In this document: positions 1 through 9,722 of the stretch, piece by piece | How positions within the stretch are numbered: position 1 is the stretch's first letter | Layout of the letters: each line of letters begins with the position of its first letter | Source: Bdellovibrionales bacterium | GTDB taxonomy: Bacteria > Bdellovibrionota > Bdellovibrionia > Bdellovibrionales > JAGQZY01 | Reading direction: 5' to 3' | Length of the DNA stretch: 64,000 nt | Assembly: GCA_964230645.1 (NCBI GenBank) | Contig: CAXRHT010000003.1 | Coordinates: forward strand, 544,001-608,000 | The notes under the pieces: model-generated | The model's database searches: none | Told to the model about the DNA's origin: nothing | Seen by the model: the letters and a program-made list of their open reading frames with translations, nothing else | Position numbers and translations under genes: made by a program

Positions 1-16
1 TATGACTAGTGCCTAG

Positions 17-463
17 ATGGGTATAAAAATAATCACAGACAATAAAAAAGCACGCTTTGACTACGAGATAATCGAGAAATTTGAAGCCGGCCTTGTGCTC
101 ACAGGGAGTGAGGTCAAAAGCATTCGCGATGGCAATGTCAGTCTTAAAGACTCCTATATTTCGTTTAGAAATGCAGAAGCCTTTTTACAAAATGCTCATA
201 TCAGTGTCTACCAAGCCAGCAGTTATAATAATCACGAGCCTGAACGCCTGAGAAAGCTTCTGCTTCATAAAGAAGAGATCAATAAAATCATGGGTCGAGT
301 CCAGGGAAAGAGTCTCTCTTGTGTGGCTCTGAAAATGTACTTCAAAAGAGGCCACATCAAAGTGGAAATTGGCCTTGGTCGAGGTAAGAAAAAGCACGAC
401 AAAAGACAAAGCATTAAGAAAAAAGAATCCGACCGTGAGCTTGCCCGGGCTTTAAAGAAGTAA
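17..463 (+). CDS. smpB: SsrA-binding protein SmpB
   Basis: NKKARFDY..EAGLVLTGSEVKSIR, R-KLLLHK, GKKKHDKR motifs; 148 aa. Confidence 0.97.
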   Translation: MGIKIITDNKKARFDYEIIEKFEAGLVLTGSEVKSIRDGNVSLKDSYISFRNAEAFLQNAHISVYQASSYNNHEPERLRKLLLHKEEINKIMGRVQGKSLSCVALKMYFKRGHIKVEIGLGRGKKKHDKRQSIKKKESDRELARALKK

Positions 464-476
464 TAAAATTAAGGAC

Positions 477-1223
477 ATGAAGTTTTTTACGCCTCTTTTT
501 TTAGGGATATTTTTTGTTGCCCTTAGTGTACAAGGTTCTTCTTCCGAGCCCAAAAATGAGATCAAAGGCAATGAAGAATTTAGCCTTGAACAAGACCGCA
601 AAGAATTAGAACAACTCAGAAAAGATATCCCAGCCGACATTCGTAAGAAGAATGACGATTTGGCTTTTATCCTGAAACTTTTTGAAGACCCAAATCGGGA
701 TGCGGGTAAAATTCGCTCGGAATTTAATAAAACCATCAATCGGCTGAGAAAAAGAAAAAATAAAGAGTTCCGAAGAGAACGTGACGAGTACAAAAGGGAA
801 GAAAAAAAGAAGCGCAAAGCTTTTCTTGCAAGCACAAAGAAAAAGCGTAAAGAGTTTCTTGATAGTGACCCGAGTACCGACTCTAAAAAAGCTTTTTTTG
901 AAGAGGAGCGCACTCAGCGTCGTATTTATTTCTCTGACGAAAGAGATAAGAGAAAAGATTTTGAGTCCGACTATAGGGCTCGAAAAAAAGATTTTAATGA
1001 TTTCTTAAAATCGAAAAGAGATGAGTTTAACGACCGCTACGATCAATTCCGCAAAGCCCAGAGAGAAAGAAAAGAAAAAAAGCGAGAGGCGGCGAAATAT
1101 CGAGCCCAAGGGCATCTCACAGGAGTTCCTTCCCCAGTATCAGATAAGAATAAACAGTATCTCAAAGAGTTTGAACAAATTCCTAATAAACCGGCCACAG
1201 TTTTAAAGCCGGAAGACGAGTAG
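477..1223 (+). CDS. Secreted, highly charged coiled-coil hypothetical protein
   Basis: N-terminal signal peptide followed by a K/R/E-rich helical body; RBS AAGGA upstream. Confidence 0.7.
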   Translation: MKFFTPLFLGIFFVALSVQGSSSEPKNEIKGNEEFSLEQDRKELEQLRKDIPADIRKKNDDLAFILKLFEDPNRDAGKIRSEFNKTINRLRKRKNKEFRRERDEYKREEKKKRKAFLASTKKKRKEFLDSDPSTDSKKAFFEEERTQRRIYFSDERDKRKDFESDYRARKKDFNDFLKSKRDEFNDRYDQFRKAQRERKEKKREAAKYRAQGHLTGVPSPVSDKNKQYLKEFEQIPNKPATVLKPEDE

Positions 1224-1232
1224 GGGGATAAA

Positions 1233-1760
1233 ATGCAATGTCCGAGGTGTAAAAACACAATGACAGAGATGAACAATCATGATGTCACTATCGATGTTTG
1301 TTTCAATGGTTGTGGTGGTATTTGGTTTGATCCCTATGAGTTTAAAAAAATGGATGAGGTTCATGAGTCCGACGAGTCTTTTTTGGCTCAGTTGAGTGAA
1401 TCCCGTAACAAACTCATTGGCCTGAGTGATAAAATTGACTGCCCCAAATGTGACTCTCAACCCTTTTACCGCCGTTTTTTCAGTGTTGCCAAAAATGTCG
1501 AAATGGATGAGTGCCCTAAATGTGGCGGCGTCTGGCTTGATGCCGGCGAGCTCACTCAAATCTATAAGACTTTTCCGACGGAAGAAGAGCGCAAGAAAGC
1601 CGCCAAAGAGATATTCGATGATATGTTTGGCGAGGACTTACAAAACCTCAAACAAGAGTCACAGGAGAACCTACAAAGAAACCGACGAATTGCCCGTGCC
1701 TTTCGTTTTCTTTGTCCCTCTTACTACATCCCTGGCAACCAGGATTGGGGCGCTTTTTAA
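1233..1760 (+). CDS. Double zinc-ribbon protein (zf-TFIIB-like repeats)
   Basis: CPRC..IDVC.GCGGIWFD and CPKC..MDECPKCGGVWLDAGEL. Confidence 0.85.
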   Translation: MQCPRCKNTMTEMNNHDVTIDVCFNGCGGIWFDPYEFKKMDEVHESDESFLAQLSESRNKLIGLSDKIDCPKCDSQPFYRRFFSVAKNVEMDECPKCGGVWLDAGELTQIYKTFPTEEERKKAAKEIFDDMFGEDLQNLKQESQENLQRNRRIARAFRFLCPSYYIPGNQDWGAF

Positions 1761-1782
1761 GGCACCCTTAGCTCTGTGAGAA

Positions 1783-3216
1783 TTATTTTAGAACTCCCGC
1801 AATTTTACCTGTGGTTTCACCAAGAGTGTTGGTGTTCATCCCAATGGCATTGAGTCCAGAGATCAATAATCTTTGAGGATAGTTGTTGTTACCATTGATA
1901 TGTTGACCGAGGTTCACTTTATCTGGGCAACCTGAGTAGAGATAAGAAAGCTGGCTTCGGTTGTGAGCACTGGCTCCCTCGGCTGTCACAAAGACAACAA
2001 AGGTGTTATCAAGAACACTGCCGGATCCTTCACTCATTCCATCCAAATTTGTAATCAGTCGATTAAAAAATTGTACGGCCCAATTGTGGTTGGCCGCTCG
2101 AATATCGGCTGAAGAGTGGTGCGAGTCGGCATGGATATCCGGTTTACTAGAATTGGGGTTACTTGCCTTGGTGCTGTTTCCAGTTTTTGCACTATTGATC
2201 CAGCATTGCGAATATGTAATCGCCCAGGAGGCCACATTAGTAAGGCCACACTGAAGGGCGTAGGCTACTAAGTCCGCCTGATTGTTCCCTCTTGTTGTTT
2301 CATCGGCCCAGCCACCAAAACCGTAGTCACTGATTGAAGGATCGGGGCCAGGATTGCTCGGGGCACTTCCACAGCTTCCGCTGGTCGACCCACCACCTGA
2401 AGAGCCGGTGTTTGCAGAGGCTAAATTTCTTTCCATTTTTCGAATATTTTCAAAATGAAGTTGCAGTCTTTCTTTGTCCTGCCCAGTTACAGAGTTTTCA
2501 ATCCTTTGAGCATCATCAAGAACTAAGTCTAAAACACTTTTCTTTTTTAGTGGAAGTTGTGAGACGGGAGGTTGAGAAGGGCTAGAACTTCCGCCTGAGA
2601 ATATTTTTTCGTAGAGCTCAAGAGGGCTTATAATAGGGCGCAATTCATTGAGTATGCTCCCATTTTTAACGACCGAAATGGCCTGATTCGGATTGGTGCG
2701 TCCGTTATAATCGACGGCTTGAGTTCGAATTTGCAGAGAATCAAATTTTGAGCCCGCCCCTAAAAACTGGGCGGCGATTTGATCGCTTGTCGTTCCACGA
2801 ACAAAGGAATAGCGGTTATCATAGTTAGTGGCCGTTTTTGGAACCGATCTCACCCCCGAAAGGAGGGGTGATTCCATTTTTCCATGTTGTGCTCCCGTGG
2901 CCTCTCCAGGAGGCGGCACGTTTCCTGAATAGTGTTGTGGAAGATTAAGACTTGAGACAAGGCTCACTTTACTGCGCATGGACTCTAGGGAAGCCAGACT
3001 GGGTAAAAAGGGCTGATTTAATGGACCGTAGCTTGAAGGGAGCGTCAGTTTTGTTCCGCCATTACAAGAACCATAATACATTAAGACGTAACGTTTCTGT
3101 GCTCCACTTTGCCCCATGGCAATAGAAGGAATGCTCTCCAGAAAGGGAAGAGCAATCATGACTTGCCCCGTACCTCTTAAAAAATTTCGACGTGAAAGAG
3201 ATGTTTTCTTTTTCAT
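1783..3216 (-). CDS. Tat-exported DUF1552-family protein
   Basis: SRRNFLRG..ALPFLES Tat leader, SDQIAA, KSVLDLV, DKERL..H, EG.GSVLDNT motifs typical of DUF1552; follows a DUF1592-type gene. Confidence 0.85.
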   Translation of the reverse strand: MKKKTSLSRRNFLRGTGQVMIALPFLESIPSIAMGQSGAQKRYVLMYYGSCNGGTKLTLPSSYGPLNQPFLPSLASLESMRSKVSLVSSLNLPQHYSGNVPPPGEATGAQHGKMESPLLSGVRSVPKTATNYDNRYSFVRGTTSDQIAAQFLGAGSKFDSLQIRTQAVDYNGRTNPNQAISVVKNGSILNELRPIISPLELYEKIFSGGSSSPSQPPVSQLPLKKKSVLDLVLDDAQRIENSVTGQDKERLQLHFENIRKMERNLASANTGSSGGGSTSGSCGSAPSNPGPDPSISDYGFGGWADETTRGNNQADLVAYALQCGLTNVASWAITYSQCWINSAKTGNSTKASNPNSSKPDIHADSHHSSADIRAANHNWAVQFFNRLITNLDGMSEGSGSVLDNTFVVFVTAEGASAHNRSQLSYLYSGCPDKVNLGQHINGNNNYPQRLLISGLNAIGMNTNTLGETTGKIAGVLK

Positions 3217-5105
3217 TACTGACCCCCTCTATGAATCATTCCTTCGGAGCGAACAATCGCTAAAATTATCCCATGCATTGATCGTGTTTCAAAGTACTCC
3301 CCCTCAAGGGCTAGGAGAGTGGTTTCATCACTGGCCGTTACGGGTCGACCCATCATGAATTCAAAAAGATTTTGTGTGGCGCAAGCGCCCACTTTCGGGT
3401 CTCCCGAAATATGAGCGGCCAACTCCTTTGGTCCAGTGAAATCAGTACCAAAAAGCTCACCTTCGCCACTAATTTCACACTGATTGTTTTGTGGTTCAAA
3501 GTTTCTCACTTTTCCAAAAGGATCAATTTTTTCCATTCCGAACCCAATCCCGTCGGTGATGCTGTGGCAACCCGCACAGCTTGAAATACCTCTCATTGCG
3601 TAGCGCTCGGTTTTACAGTCATTGGGGTCTCCAGGGGCTTCAGTGACATCAACGTTGGCAGGAAGTGGTATATTAAACGATCCACAGTAAAGTCTTTTAT
3701 AAACCTCGTAGCCTCTGAGTGTGGGACTGGTATCATTAAATTTTCTTCCCACCATGGCGAAGCTAGCGTGAGAAAGAAGTCCTGATTGTTTATCCCCTTG
3801 CGTGTTTACCCATTTGGCTTGCGAAATAGAATTCATGCCGTAATGTTGCGCCAACTCAGGTGTCACATAGGTTTTTGAGCTATTAAAGATAGAGAGCCAA
3901 TCGGCTTTCTCCACAAAGTTAACCTGTTCAATCAGTTTATTCGTCTCCAATTCAAAATCAGCCGCCAGGCTGTGATTGGAATGAATCTCCCCGTAGCCAA
4001 GCCAAGCGCCATGAAACTCTTGGAAATTTTTGAGAGAGTCTTGGGTTTGTAACAGCTCTCTAGCCACGGCTTCTCTTTGATCGGCCGTTTTAAGTTGGTT
4101 CTGGGCTGCTAAATTAAGAAGACTATCAGAAGGGCCTTTTCCGGTGAGAAAAAATGCAAGGCGCGAGGCGACTTCAAAAGGACTCAATTCAGTGAGTGTG
4201 CCAGCGCTCGTACCATTAATTTCTAAGCGATAAAGAAATTCAGGATGCTGTAAAAAGGCCTCAAGGGCTAATTCCACGGCTGACATAAAGCGTCCGTCCT
4301 CTTGAGCATATTCCATAAGACTTTGTTCGAAGCGAGAGATTTCACTAGCCTTCATGGGGCGTCTGAAAAAACGACGTCCCATTTTTGTTAAAAAAGACCT
4401 AAAACAATCAAAGTCTTGCGGTCCACTGGGACGACAACCGATATCTTGAATCAACGTCTGTTCATTATAAGCTTTAGAGGCTTTTTCAGCAAAATCGGAG
4501 TAATCCTCTACCAAACTTGTAGTGACCGAAAGACTTGTGTAGTCGTTAGCGAAATAAGTACCAGAGCTAGAATCCTCAGGGATAGACTGAGTGATATTTT
4601 GAAGATTCGTTTTCAAATTTTGTTCTACTGTTTTTACCAACTGATCTTTGGTGAGTCTTTGTGCTCCCGACTCACCAAAAGCTTCCGCCCTCAGCAAGGG
4701 CTGGCTTGAGGGCGGATTGTAGGGTTGAGTGGGTGTCACGGGAGAATTGGGTGATCCTCCGTGGGGATTTGTGGGAGTCTTTCCAGCAAGGGCTAAAAGG
4801 TAGCTGGCAATTTCATTAATTTGATCATCTTCGAGGCCACTCAACTGAGGGGTGCGCATATTGCCTACTACAAGAAGAGCGGCTTTGATTTTATCGGAGT
4901 CGGCCCCAAAAGCTCTCTGATCGGGATTAACACCATGGCAAGATTGGCAGTTTGTTTCGTAAAGAGCTTTTCCGTTGATCACCTGTGGGGAAGTTGTGGG
5001 ATCAACATAACTTTCAGCGGTTACGTTTTCCATACTATGGAACTCACCACAGTTGTTGTAGAAAATAAGAATCGGTAAAAGATAGAGAAGATTTATTTTT
5101 TTCAC
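3216..5105 (-). CDS. Cytochrome c + DUF1587/1595/1592/1588/1585 (PSD) domain lipoprotein
   Basis: CQSCH and CAGCH heme-type motifs, RFFRRP, P.FLYR.E, EVASRLAFFL, TSPTLRG, GFGME; start GTG at 5105 chosen from RBS GGAGGG (ORF track gives 5117). Confidence 0.85.
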   Translation of the reverse strand: MKKINLLYLLPILIFYNNCGEFHSMENVTAESYVDPTTSPQVINGKALYETNCQSCHGVNPDQRAFGADSDKIKAALLVVGNMRTPQLSGLEDDQINEIASYLLALAGKTPTNPHGGSPNSPVTPTQPYNPPSSQPLLRAEAFGESGAQRLTKDQLVKTVEQNLKTNLQNITQSIPEDSSSGTYFANDYTSLSVTTSLVEDYSDFAEKASKAYNEQTLIQDIGCRPSGPQDFDCFRSFLTKMGRRFFRRPMKASEISRFEQSLMEYAQEDGRFMSAVELALEAFLQHPEFLYRLEINGTSAGTLTELSPFEVASRLAFFLTGKGPSDSLLNLAAQNQLKTADQREAVARELLQTQDSLKNFQEFHGAWLGYGEIHSNHSLAADFELETNKLIEQVNFVEKADWLSIFNSSKTYVTPELAQHYGMNSISQAKWVNTQGDKQSGLLSHASFAMVGRKFNDTSPTLRGYEVYKRLYCGSFNIPLPANVDVTEAPGDPNDCKTERYAMRGISSCAGCHSITDGIGFGMEKIDPFGKVRNFEPQNNQCEISGEGELFGTDFTGPKELAAHISGDPKVGACATQNLFEFMMGRPVTASDETTLLALEGEYFETRSMHGIILAIVRSEGMIHRGGQ

Positions 5106-5125
5106 CACACCCTCCAAACACTAAT

Positions 5126-5180
5126 AGGATAACTAAAAGACGGGGGTCGGAAATGGACAATTTTGGTTCGTAACGTCTCA
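5126..5180 (-). promoter_or_regulatory. Putative activator site plus -10 hexamer (TATCCT), copy A
   Basis: 30-mer 5151-5180 is 21/30 identical to 7410-7439; -10 hexamer lies at the same offset in both. Confidence 0.55.
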
Positions 5181-5190
5181 AAAAATAACT

Positions 5191-6666
5191 CTAAGAGGCA
5201 ATCTGATAGCAAGAGCCAGGGCCTTGTCCAATTTTGAGAATCTTTCCACTTTTGACCTGGGATTGGAGCCAGCGCAGGGCTGATGATTTTGAAAAGTGAC
5301 AAAGGCTCATCACTTCTTCTCGAGTGAAGGCTTTATTATCAAATCGAGTTTTCAACTGTAGAAATTCGGGCTCTACTTTTAAGGTTTTTACATCCGGGTT
5401 GGTCAGCCTGAGCGCAAAGCCCTCTTGCACTTCAAGAGAGTATTTCCCTTGAGAGTGTTTAAGTCGGACGGGAAAGCCCTCGTTTTCAATTTTATTAGAT
5501 AACCTTTGTAGGACCTTATAGGATTTCGCAATGGAATACTCGGGATCAAAATACTCTCCGGGATAAAGACTGTGAAAAAGCGAGCTGACCGAGCGCGGTG
5601 CAATCATGTCTTCCGCCAAACTTTCTAAGGCTAAAAACTCTTTTTCTGAAAAGTGTAGATCGTCCTTTGGGGAGTTTAAAAGAGGGTAACAGTTTTGAAA
5701 CTGATGTTGGAAATAATGACCATTCCATCCGCAGTAGGCTTGATTAAATGTAAGCCCTGACTTTCTTTTGATTAGGTCTCGGTAGGCTTTTTCTTTGGTG
5801 GAGAAATAAAGTTTTTCTAACAAGACGAGATCCTCTCTCAGTAGACCCCAATAAAGCAAAATTTCGCGCACCGAGTGAAAATGGCCAAGCTTGCGGGCAT
5901 TACCGATAAAGGCTTCAATCTCAGAAACCTGTGTCCTACCATTTCGGATTTTACAAACAAGCAACCACTTTTCAATAAAGAGACTGTAGAGCTTGTTTTT
6001 CCCAACCATGAGGGCTTGGGCTTTTTTTAGTGTTTTCTCAGCCTGGGACCACTGGTTTTGTTGAAGAGCCACTTGACCGAGAAGTTCTAAACTGTTGGCT
6101 GATAGGAGGGGGTAATTGTTTTTACTAAAGTATTCGTAAAGACTTTCTAATTTTTCATGGGCTTTTTGGAGCTCCCCGCAGGAGACATAGCAGGCACACA
6201 AATTAAGTTCGGCAAGCTTTTGTTTATAGTCATCTCCTTCCATTACGATGGAAGACTCAAGAAAGGGAATGGCTTTCTCATAGTCATGGGTTGAGAAGTA
6301 GTAGGTAACCCATGCAAACTGCACTCCCTTTGTGTCCTTTGGAATTTTATTCAAAAGAAGTAAGGCCTGCTTACGTCCACCGAGCATAATCTGATTGACG
6401 GCATACTCTGCCACCAAGTTTGGACTGACCTCGTTGCGCAAGTTGTGCTCGGGATCAAGAACGAAAGGCTTAAGAAGATAAGAGGCAAAGCTTAAACGAT
6501 AGGCTCGGCGAGCGAGAGTGGCTAAATTTAAAACGTCGTTTGAGAGAAAAAAAGATCGGTCGGCTGATTTTAAATGCTTTTCAACCTGTATCCATTGGTT
6601 GGAACGAGCAAGTTCTTCGACGGCTTGAAAATCGATCTTCTTACCACTCATCGACCGGTGTATCAT
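5191..6666 (-). CDS. TPR-repeat protein with C-terminal winged-helix DNA-binding domains (putative regulator)
   Basis: Helical TPR-like repeats; LFHSLYPGEYFDP..LQRL segment; terminal FTREEV..SKSSALRWL..GKILKIGQGPGSCY wHTH. Confidence 0.7.
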   Translation of the reverse strand: MIHRSMSGKKIDFQAVEELARSNQWIQVEKHLKSADRSFFLSNDVLNLATLARRAYRLSFASYLLKPFVLDPEHNLRNEVSPNLVAEYAVNQIMLGGRKQALLLLNKIPKDTKGVQFAWVTYYFSTHDYEKAIPFLESSIVMEGDDYKQKLAELNLCACYVSCGELQKAHEKLESLYEYFSKNNYPLLSANSLELLGQVALQQNQWSQAEKTLKKAQALMVGKNKLYSLFIEKWLLVCKIRNGRTQVSEIEAFIGNARKLGHFHSVREILLYWGLLREDLVLLEKLYFSTKEKAYRDLIKRKSGLTFNQAYCGWNGHYFQHQFQNCYPLLNSPKDDLHFSEKEFLALESLAEDMIAPRSVSSLFHSLYPGEYFDPEYSIAKSYKVLQRLSNKIENEGFPVRLKHSQGKYSLEVQEGFALRLTNPDVKTLKVEPEFLQLKTRFDNKAFTREEVMSLCHFSKSSALRWLQSQVKSGKILKIGQGPGSCYQIAS

Positions 6667-7339
6667 CCAGAATTTCGCAGATCATTCGTTGAAATGTTGT
6701 AGTATCTAAAACATCAGAGTTCCAAAACCCGACGAAGCGTTGACCGTTTTCAGACAAGCGGAGTTCCAAAACATCGGAGTCACCTTCAAAGCTGTGACGA
6801 TCTTGCCCGAAGCTGTTGTAAAAGAAGTTTGTTGCGGTTTCATACAAGGTGAAATCGGATTCTAAAGAGATATGCTCAAATGTGTAAACGGGTGCAGGAC
6901 CATATACTAAAATTTCAGCGCCAAAGTTAGCCTCGGTCGTTCGGCAGGCCACTTTGTAGTGCTCTTTTGATTGGGCTCTTTTTGTCGATTCATGAGCAAA
7001 ACCCACATTTTGAAATAGGATGCGGTCTTTTTCTAAAGACACACCGTACTCGTCGTCCTTTAGAGCGATACTGCGATTTTCACAAGGGATCTCAAGTTGA
7101 ACTTCGTAGTCTTTGATTCCTTTAGAAACCACATGAATCTTTTCCTCAGAGGAGTTGTCACAGAACTGATTGTTTGTAGGAATGTAATCGCCAGGCTTGA
7201 GTTTGCCTCCATAGGGCGTACCATTGGCCTGTCTTTCCAAGGGGCTTGAGCTGCCCTGATCGATTCCCTCTGGTTTTGAACAGTTGTTGTAAAAAACCAG
7301 TACAAATCCCATTAAAGTTAAAAACGCCATTTTTCTCAT
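6641..7339 (-). CDS. Hypothetical lipoprotein (FYNNC signal)
   Basis: MRKMAFLTLMGFVLVFYNNC leader; ANGTPYGGK; ATG at 7339 preferred over TTG 7348. Confidence 0.7.
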   Translation of the reverse strand: MRKMAFLTLMGFVLVFYNNCSKPEGIDQGSSSPLERQANGTPYGGKLKPGDYIPTNNQFCDNSSEEKIHVVSKGIKDYEVQLEIPCENRSIALKDDEYGVSLEKDRILFQNVGFAHESTKRAQSKEHYKVACRTTEANFGAEILVYGPAPVYTFEHISLESDFTLYETATNFFYNSFGQDRHSFEGDSDVLELRLSENGQRFVGFWNSDVLDTTTFQRMICEILDDTPVDEW

Positions 7340-7384
7340 TAAAAACAAATCGGTGCTCCCGGTCCTATTCTTTAGTCAGTCTAT

Positions 7385-7439
7385 ACTATAAATGAAAATT
7401 TCCGCCCAAAAATGGACGGAAATGTTTCGTTATGTATCA
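7385..7439 (-). promoter_or_regulatory. Putative activator site plus -10 hexamer (TATAGT), copy B
   Basis: Ungapped similarity to 5151-5180 with identical spacing to the -10 element. Confidence 0.55.
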
Positions 7440-7471
7440 GTCTGAAGCAAATAGAGGAAAACCAAAGACGT

Positions 7472-8056
7472 TTAGCGGGCTGAAGAGGCACTCTCCTCAG
7501 TGGTAATTTCAGACGAACGAGGAGTTATCATGATGGCCTGAGGAGGTAAGGGTTCGCCTGTGATAATTTCTCCCTCCATTTGACGAATGGTCATAGCTGA
7601 GACCATGTCACCTTCCTGGAAAGATCTCGAAGAAATGCTACCAATGGATATGGTCTCCTCTTCACACTCAATTTTCGCAGTCGTGTCAAAAGTAGATAAA
7701 TGGTAGGTTTCTCTTCCAACTTGAGAAAGGGGAAAATCCACACTTTCAGAAACGTCATTCCATTCACAAATTCGATCATCAGAAAGTTTCACCATGACTC
7801 TGTTGCGAAACCATTGCCCACTAACTATCCAGTGACTAGTGATCTGTATCCCGTCACTACGTTCAGTTATCCGTCCACCTGGGGTCACTTGTTGGGAATT
7901 TTCGAGTTGGAGCACAGTTGCTCTAAGCCTGTCTTGACGGGCTGAAGAAATGCTGGGGCTACCGCATCTCTGAATTCTAGAGTTACACGCACTGTAACTT
8001 TCACTGGTGGTACAAAACACAAATAAGCATAAAAGGCTTTTACTTATATTTTTCAT
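7472..8056 (-). CDS. Secreted hypothetical protein
   Basis: RBS AGGAGA before ATG 8056; signal-like N-terminus; Cys pairs. Confidence 0.6.
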   Translation of the reverse strand: MKNISKSLLCLFVFCTTSESYSACNSRIQRCGSPSISSARQDRLRATVLQLENSQQVTPGGRITERSDGIQITSHWIVSGQWFRNRVMVKLSDDRICEWNDVSESVDFPLSQVGRETYHLSTFDTTAKIECEEETISIGSISSRSFQEGDMVSAMTIRQMEGEIITGEPLPPQAIMITPRSSEITTEESASSAR

Positions 8057-8273
8057 GGATTCTCCTAAAAACACAATTTTCTTTCATTAAATGTGCCAAG
8101 AATCATAGATTAAGTCTAAATAGCTGATATAATTAAAAAGTAAGTTATTATATTTCAGTTGAGACAAATAATATTTAATTGTCAGTGCTAAAAGCATTCA
8201 GTGCTGTCTAAATAATGCCCGAATGCAGGCCGATTTTTGTCATAGCCAAAGTCTAAAATCTATTAAAAAATTT

Positions 8274-8894
8274 TTAATCTTTAGTTTCAAAATATAGAAG
8301 ATCAATAAAAAGCGAGGAGGCTAAGATCAGTAACTTTTCTTTGTAGTTCAAACTTTGGGCTTCAAATTGAACCAGAAAATTGTCTTTGTCCGTATAGAGT
8401 TCAGTGAATATCCCGGAAAACTTTTTATCAACAGAGGCCACTTTCTGATCCTTTTTGTAGAAAGGGTAATGCCAAACCCAAAAAATTTTAAACTTGGTTT
8501 GCATGGTGAGAAGAACCTGATCTCTTTCATCGACCAATTCAAATTTTCGACGCAGTAAAGAGAAGCGCTGCTGAAGGGCGCCGATCTTGCGATTGGAGTC
8601 ATCAAAAATCTCAAGGCGTTGAAAGAAAAAACGGAAAGGGTGATTGGCACTCATCACTTGCTGTCGTTTGGAATTGTAAAAATGAAGAGTGAAGGGGCGC
8701 CAGTGTCCAAGCTTTTGACGCAGAATAAACCCGAGGAAGCCTTTTTGTTGTTCGGCAACAAAAAGCACTTGCGCGTTCTCAGTATCGAGTACTTGGTATT
8801 TGTTACGAGTTTCAAAGCCAAAGTGCTCTGCGACCTCGTACACCTGCTGCACAAGAAAGTTTCTACCTTGATCGATCTTTTCGTTCCATTCCAT
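8274..8894 (-). CDS. Scramblase/LURP-one (Tubby C-like) family protein
   Basis: FGFETRNKY, LRQ.LGHWRPF, KKFSGIFTELYTDKDNF, IDLLYFE. Confidence 0.85.
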   Translation of the reverse strand: MEWNEKIDQGRNFLVQQVYEVAEHFGFETRNKYQVLDTENAQVLFVAEQQKGFLGFILRQKLGHWRPFTLHFYNSKRQQVMSANHPFRFFFQRLEIFDDSNRKIGALQQRFSLLRRKFELVDERDQVLLTMQTKFKIFWVWHYPFYKKDQKVASVDKKFSGIFTELYTDKDNFLVQFEAQSLNYKEKLLILASSLFIDLLYFETKD

Positions 8895-9673
8895 TATTTT
8901 TTCTCGGTCGTTTTCATTTTCTTTTTGGCGGTTTTCTTTTTAAGGGAGAAAAGTTTTTCAAGGTCTTTTCTATTAAGAGGTCGATAGTCCCCTTGTTTTA
9001 GCGATCCTAGCTTGAGCTGTCCGATCGCCACACGTTTGAGCTTTTCGACGTCATAGCCCACTTTTTCAAACATTTTTTTCACCTGGCGGTTTTTACCTTC
9101 CATAATGGTGATTTCAACCCAGTCTTTTTTATCGGAACCTTTCTTAAGTTTTTTAATATGAACGGCATTGACCCGACCACCGATAATAGAAACTCCTCTT
9201 TTGAGGCGATCCATCTTACTTTGAGTGATCAGATTATCAAGCTTTACGTGGTAGGTTTTGGGGACCTTTGATTGTGGGTTGGCTATTTCATTAGCGAAAT
9301 CTCCGTCGTTGGTCATTAAAAGAAGGCCTTCTGTGTCCCAGTCCAATCGTCCCACCGGGAAAAGTCTTTTCTTCACCTTTTTAAAATAATCCACCACCGT
9401 GGGGCGACCTTGTGGGTCTGCGGTAGAAGTGACAACGCTTTTGGGTTTATTAAAAACAAAGTAAACGGGTTGGGGTTTTGCGCCCACCTTTTTGCCCCCT
9501 ACTTTGACGTGATCTTTTGAAGGGTCGATCTTGATTCCTAATTCGTAGACCGTGCGACCGTTCACCTGAACTCGACCTTCATCAATCATAGCATCGGCTT
9601 TTCTACGACTAGCGACACCGTGGTCTGCCAGGTATTTATTCAGTCGAATTTGCGTTTTTTCATCAGAGCTCAT
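8894..9673 (-). CDS. rluB: rRNA pseudouridine synthase (RluB/RsuA family)
   Basis: S4 domain RLNKYLA..SRRKAD; catalytic GRLDWDTEGLLL; EGKNRQV. Confidence 0.9.
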   Translation of the reverse strand: MSSDEKTQIRLNKYLADHGVASRRKADAMIDEGRVQVNGRTVYELGIKIDPSKDHVKVGGKKVGAKPQPVYFVFNKPKSVVTSTADPQGRPTVVDYFKKVKKRLFPVGRLDWDTEGLLLMTNDGDFANEIANPQSKVPKTYHVKLDNLITQSKMDRLKRGVSIIGGRVNAVHIKKLKKGSDKKDWVEITIMEGKNRQVKKMFEKVGYDVEKLKRVAIGQLKLGSLKQGDYRPLNRKDLEKLFSLKKKTAKKKMKTTEKK

Positions 9674-9722
9674 GATTCACCTTTTTGTATGGGGGGAAGT
9701 GTTACCACCCGAGTGGATTGTT

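Noticed and set aside
1..1800. tmRNA (ssrA) or an integrated element next to smpB
   Set aside because: No tRNA-like ends, integrase or att-like repeat are visible in the window.
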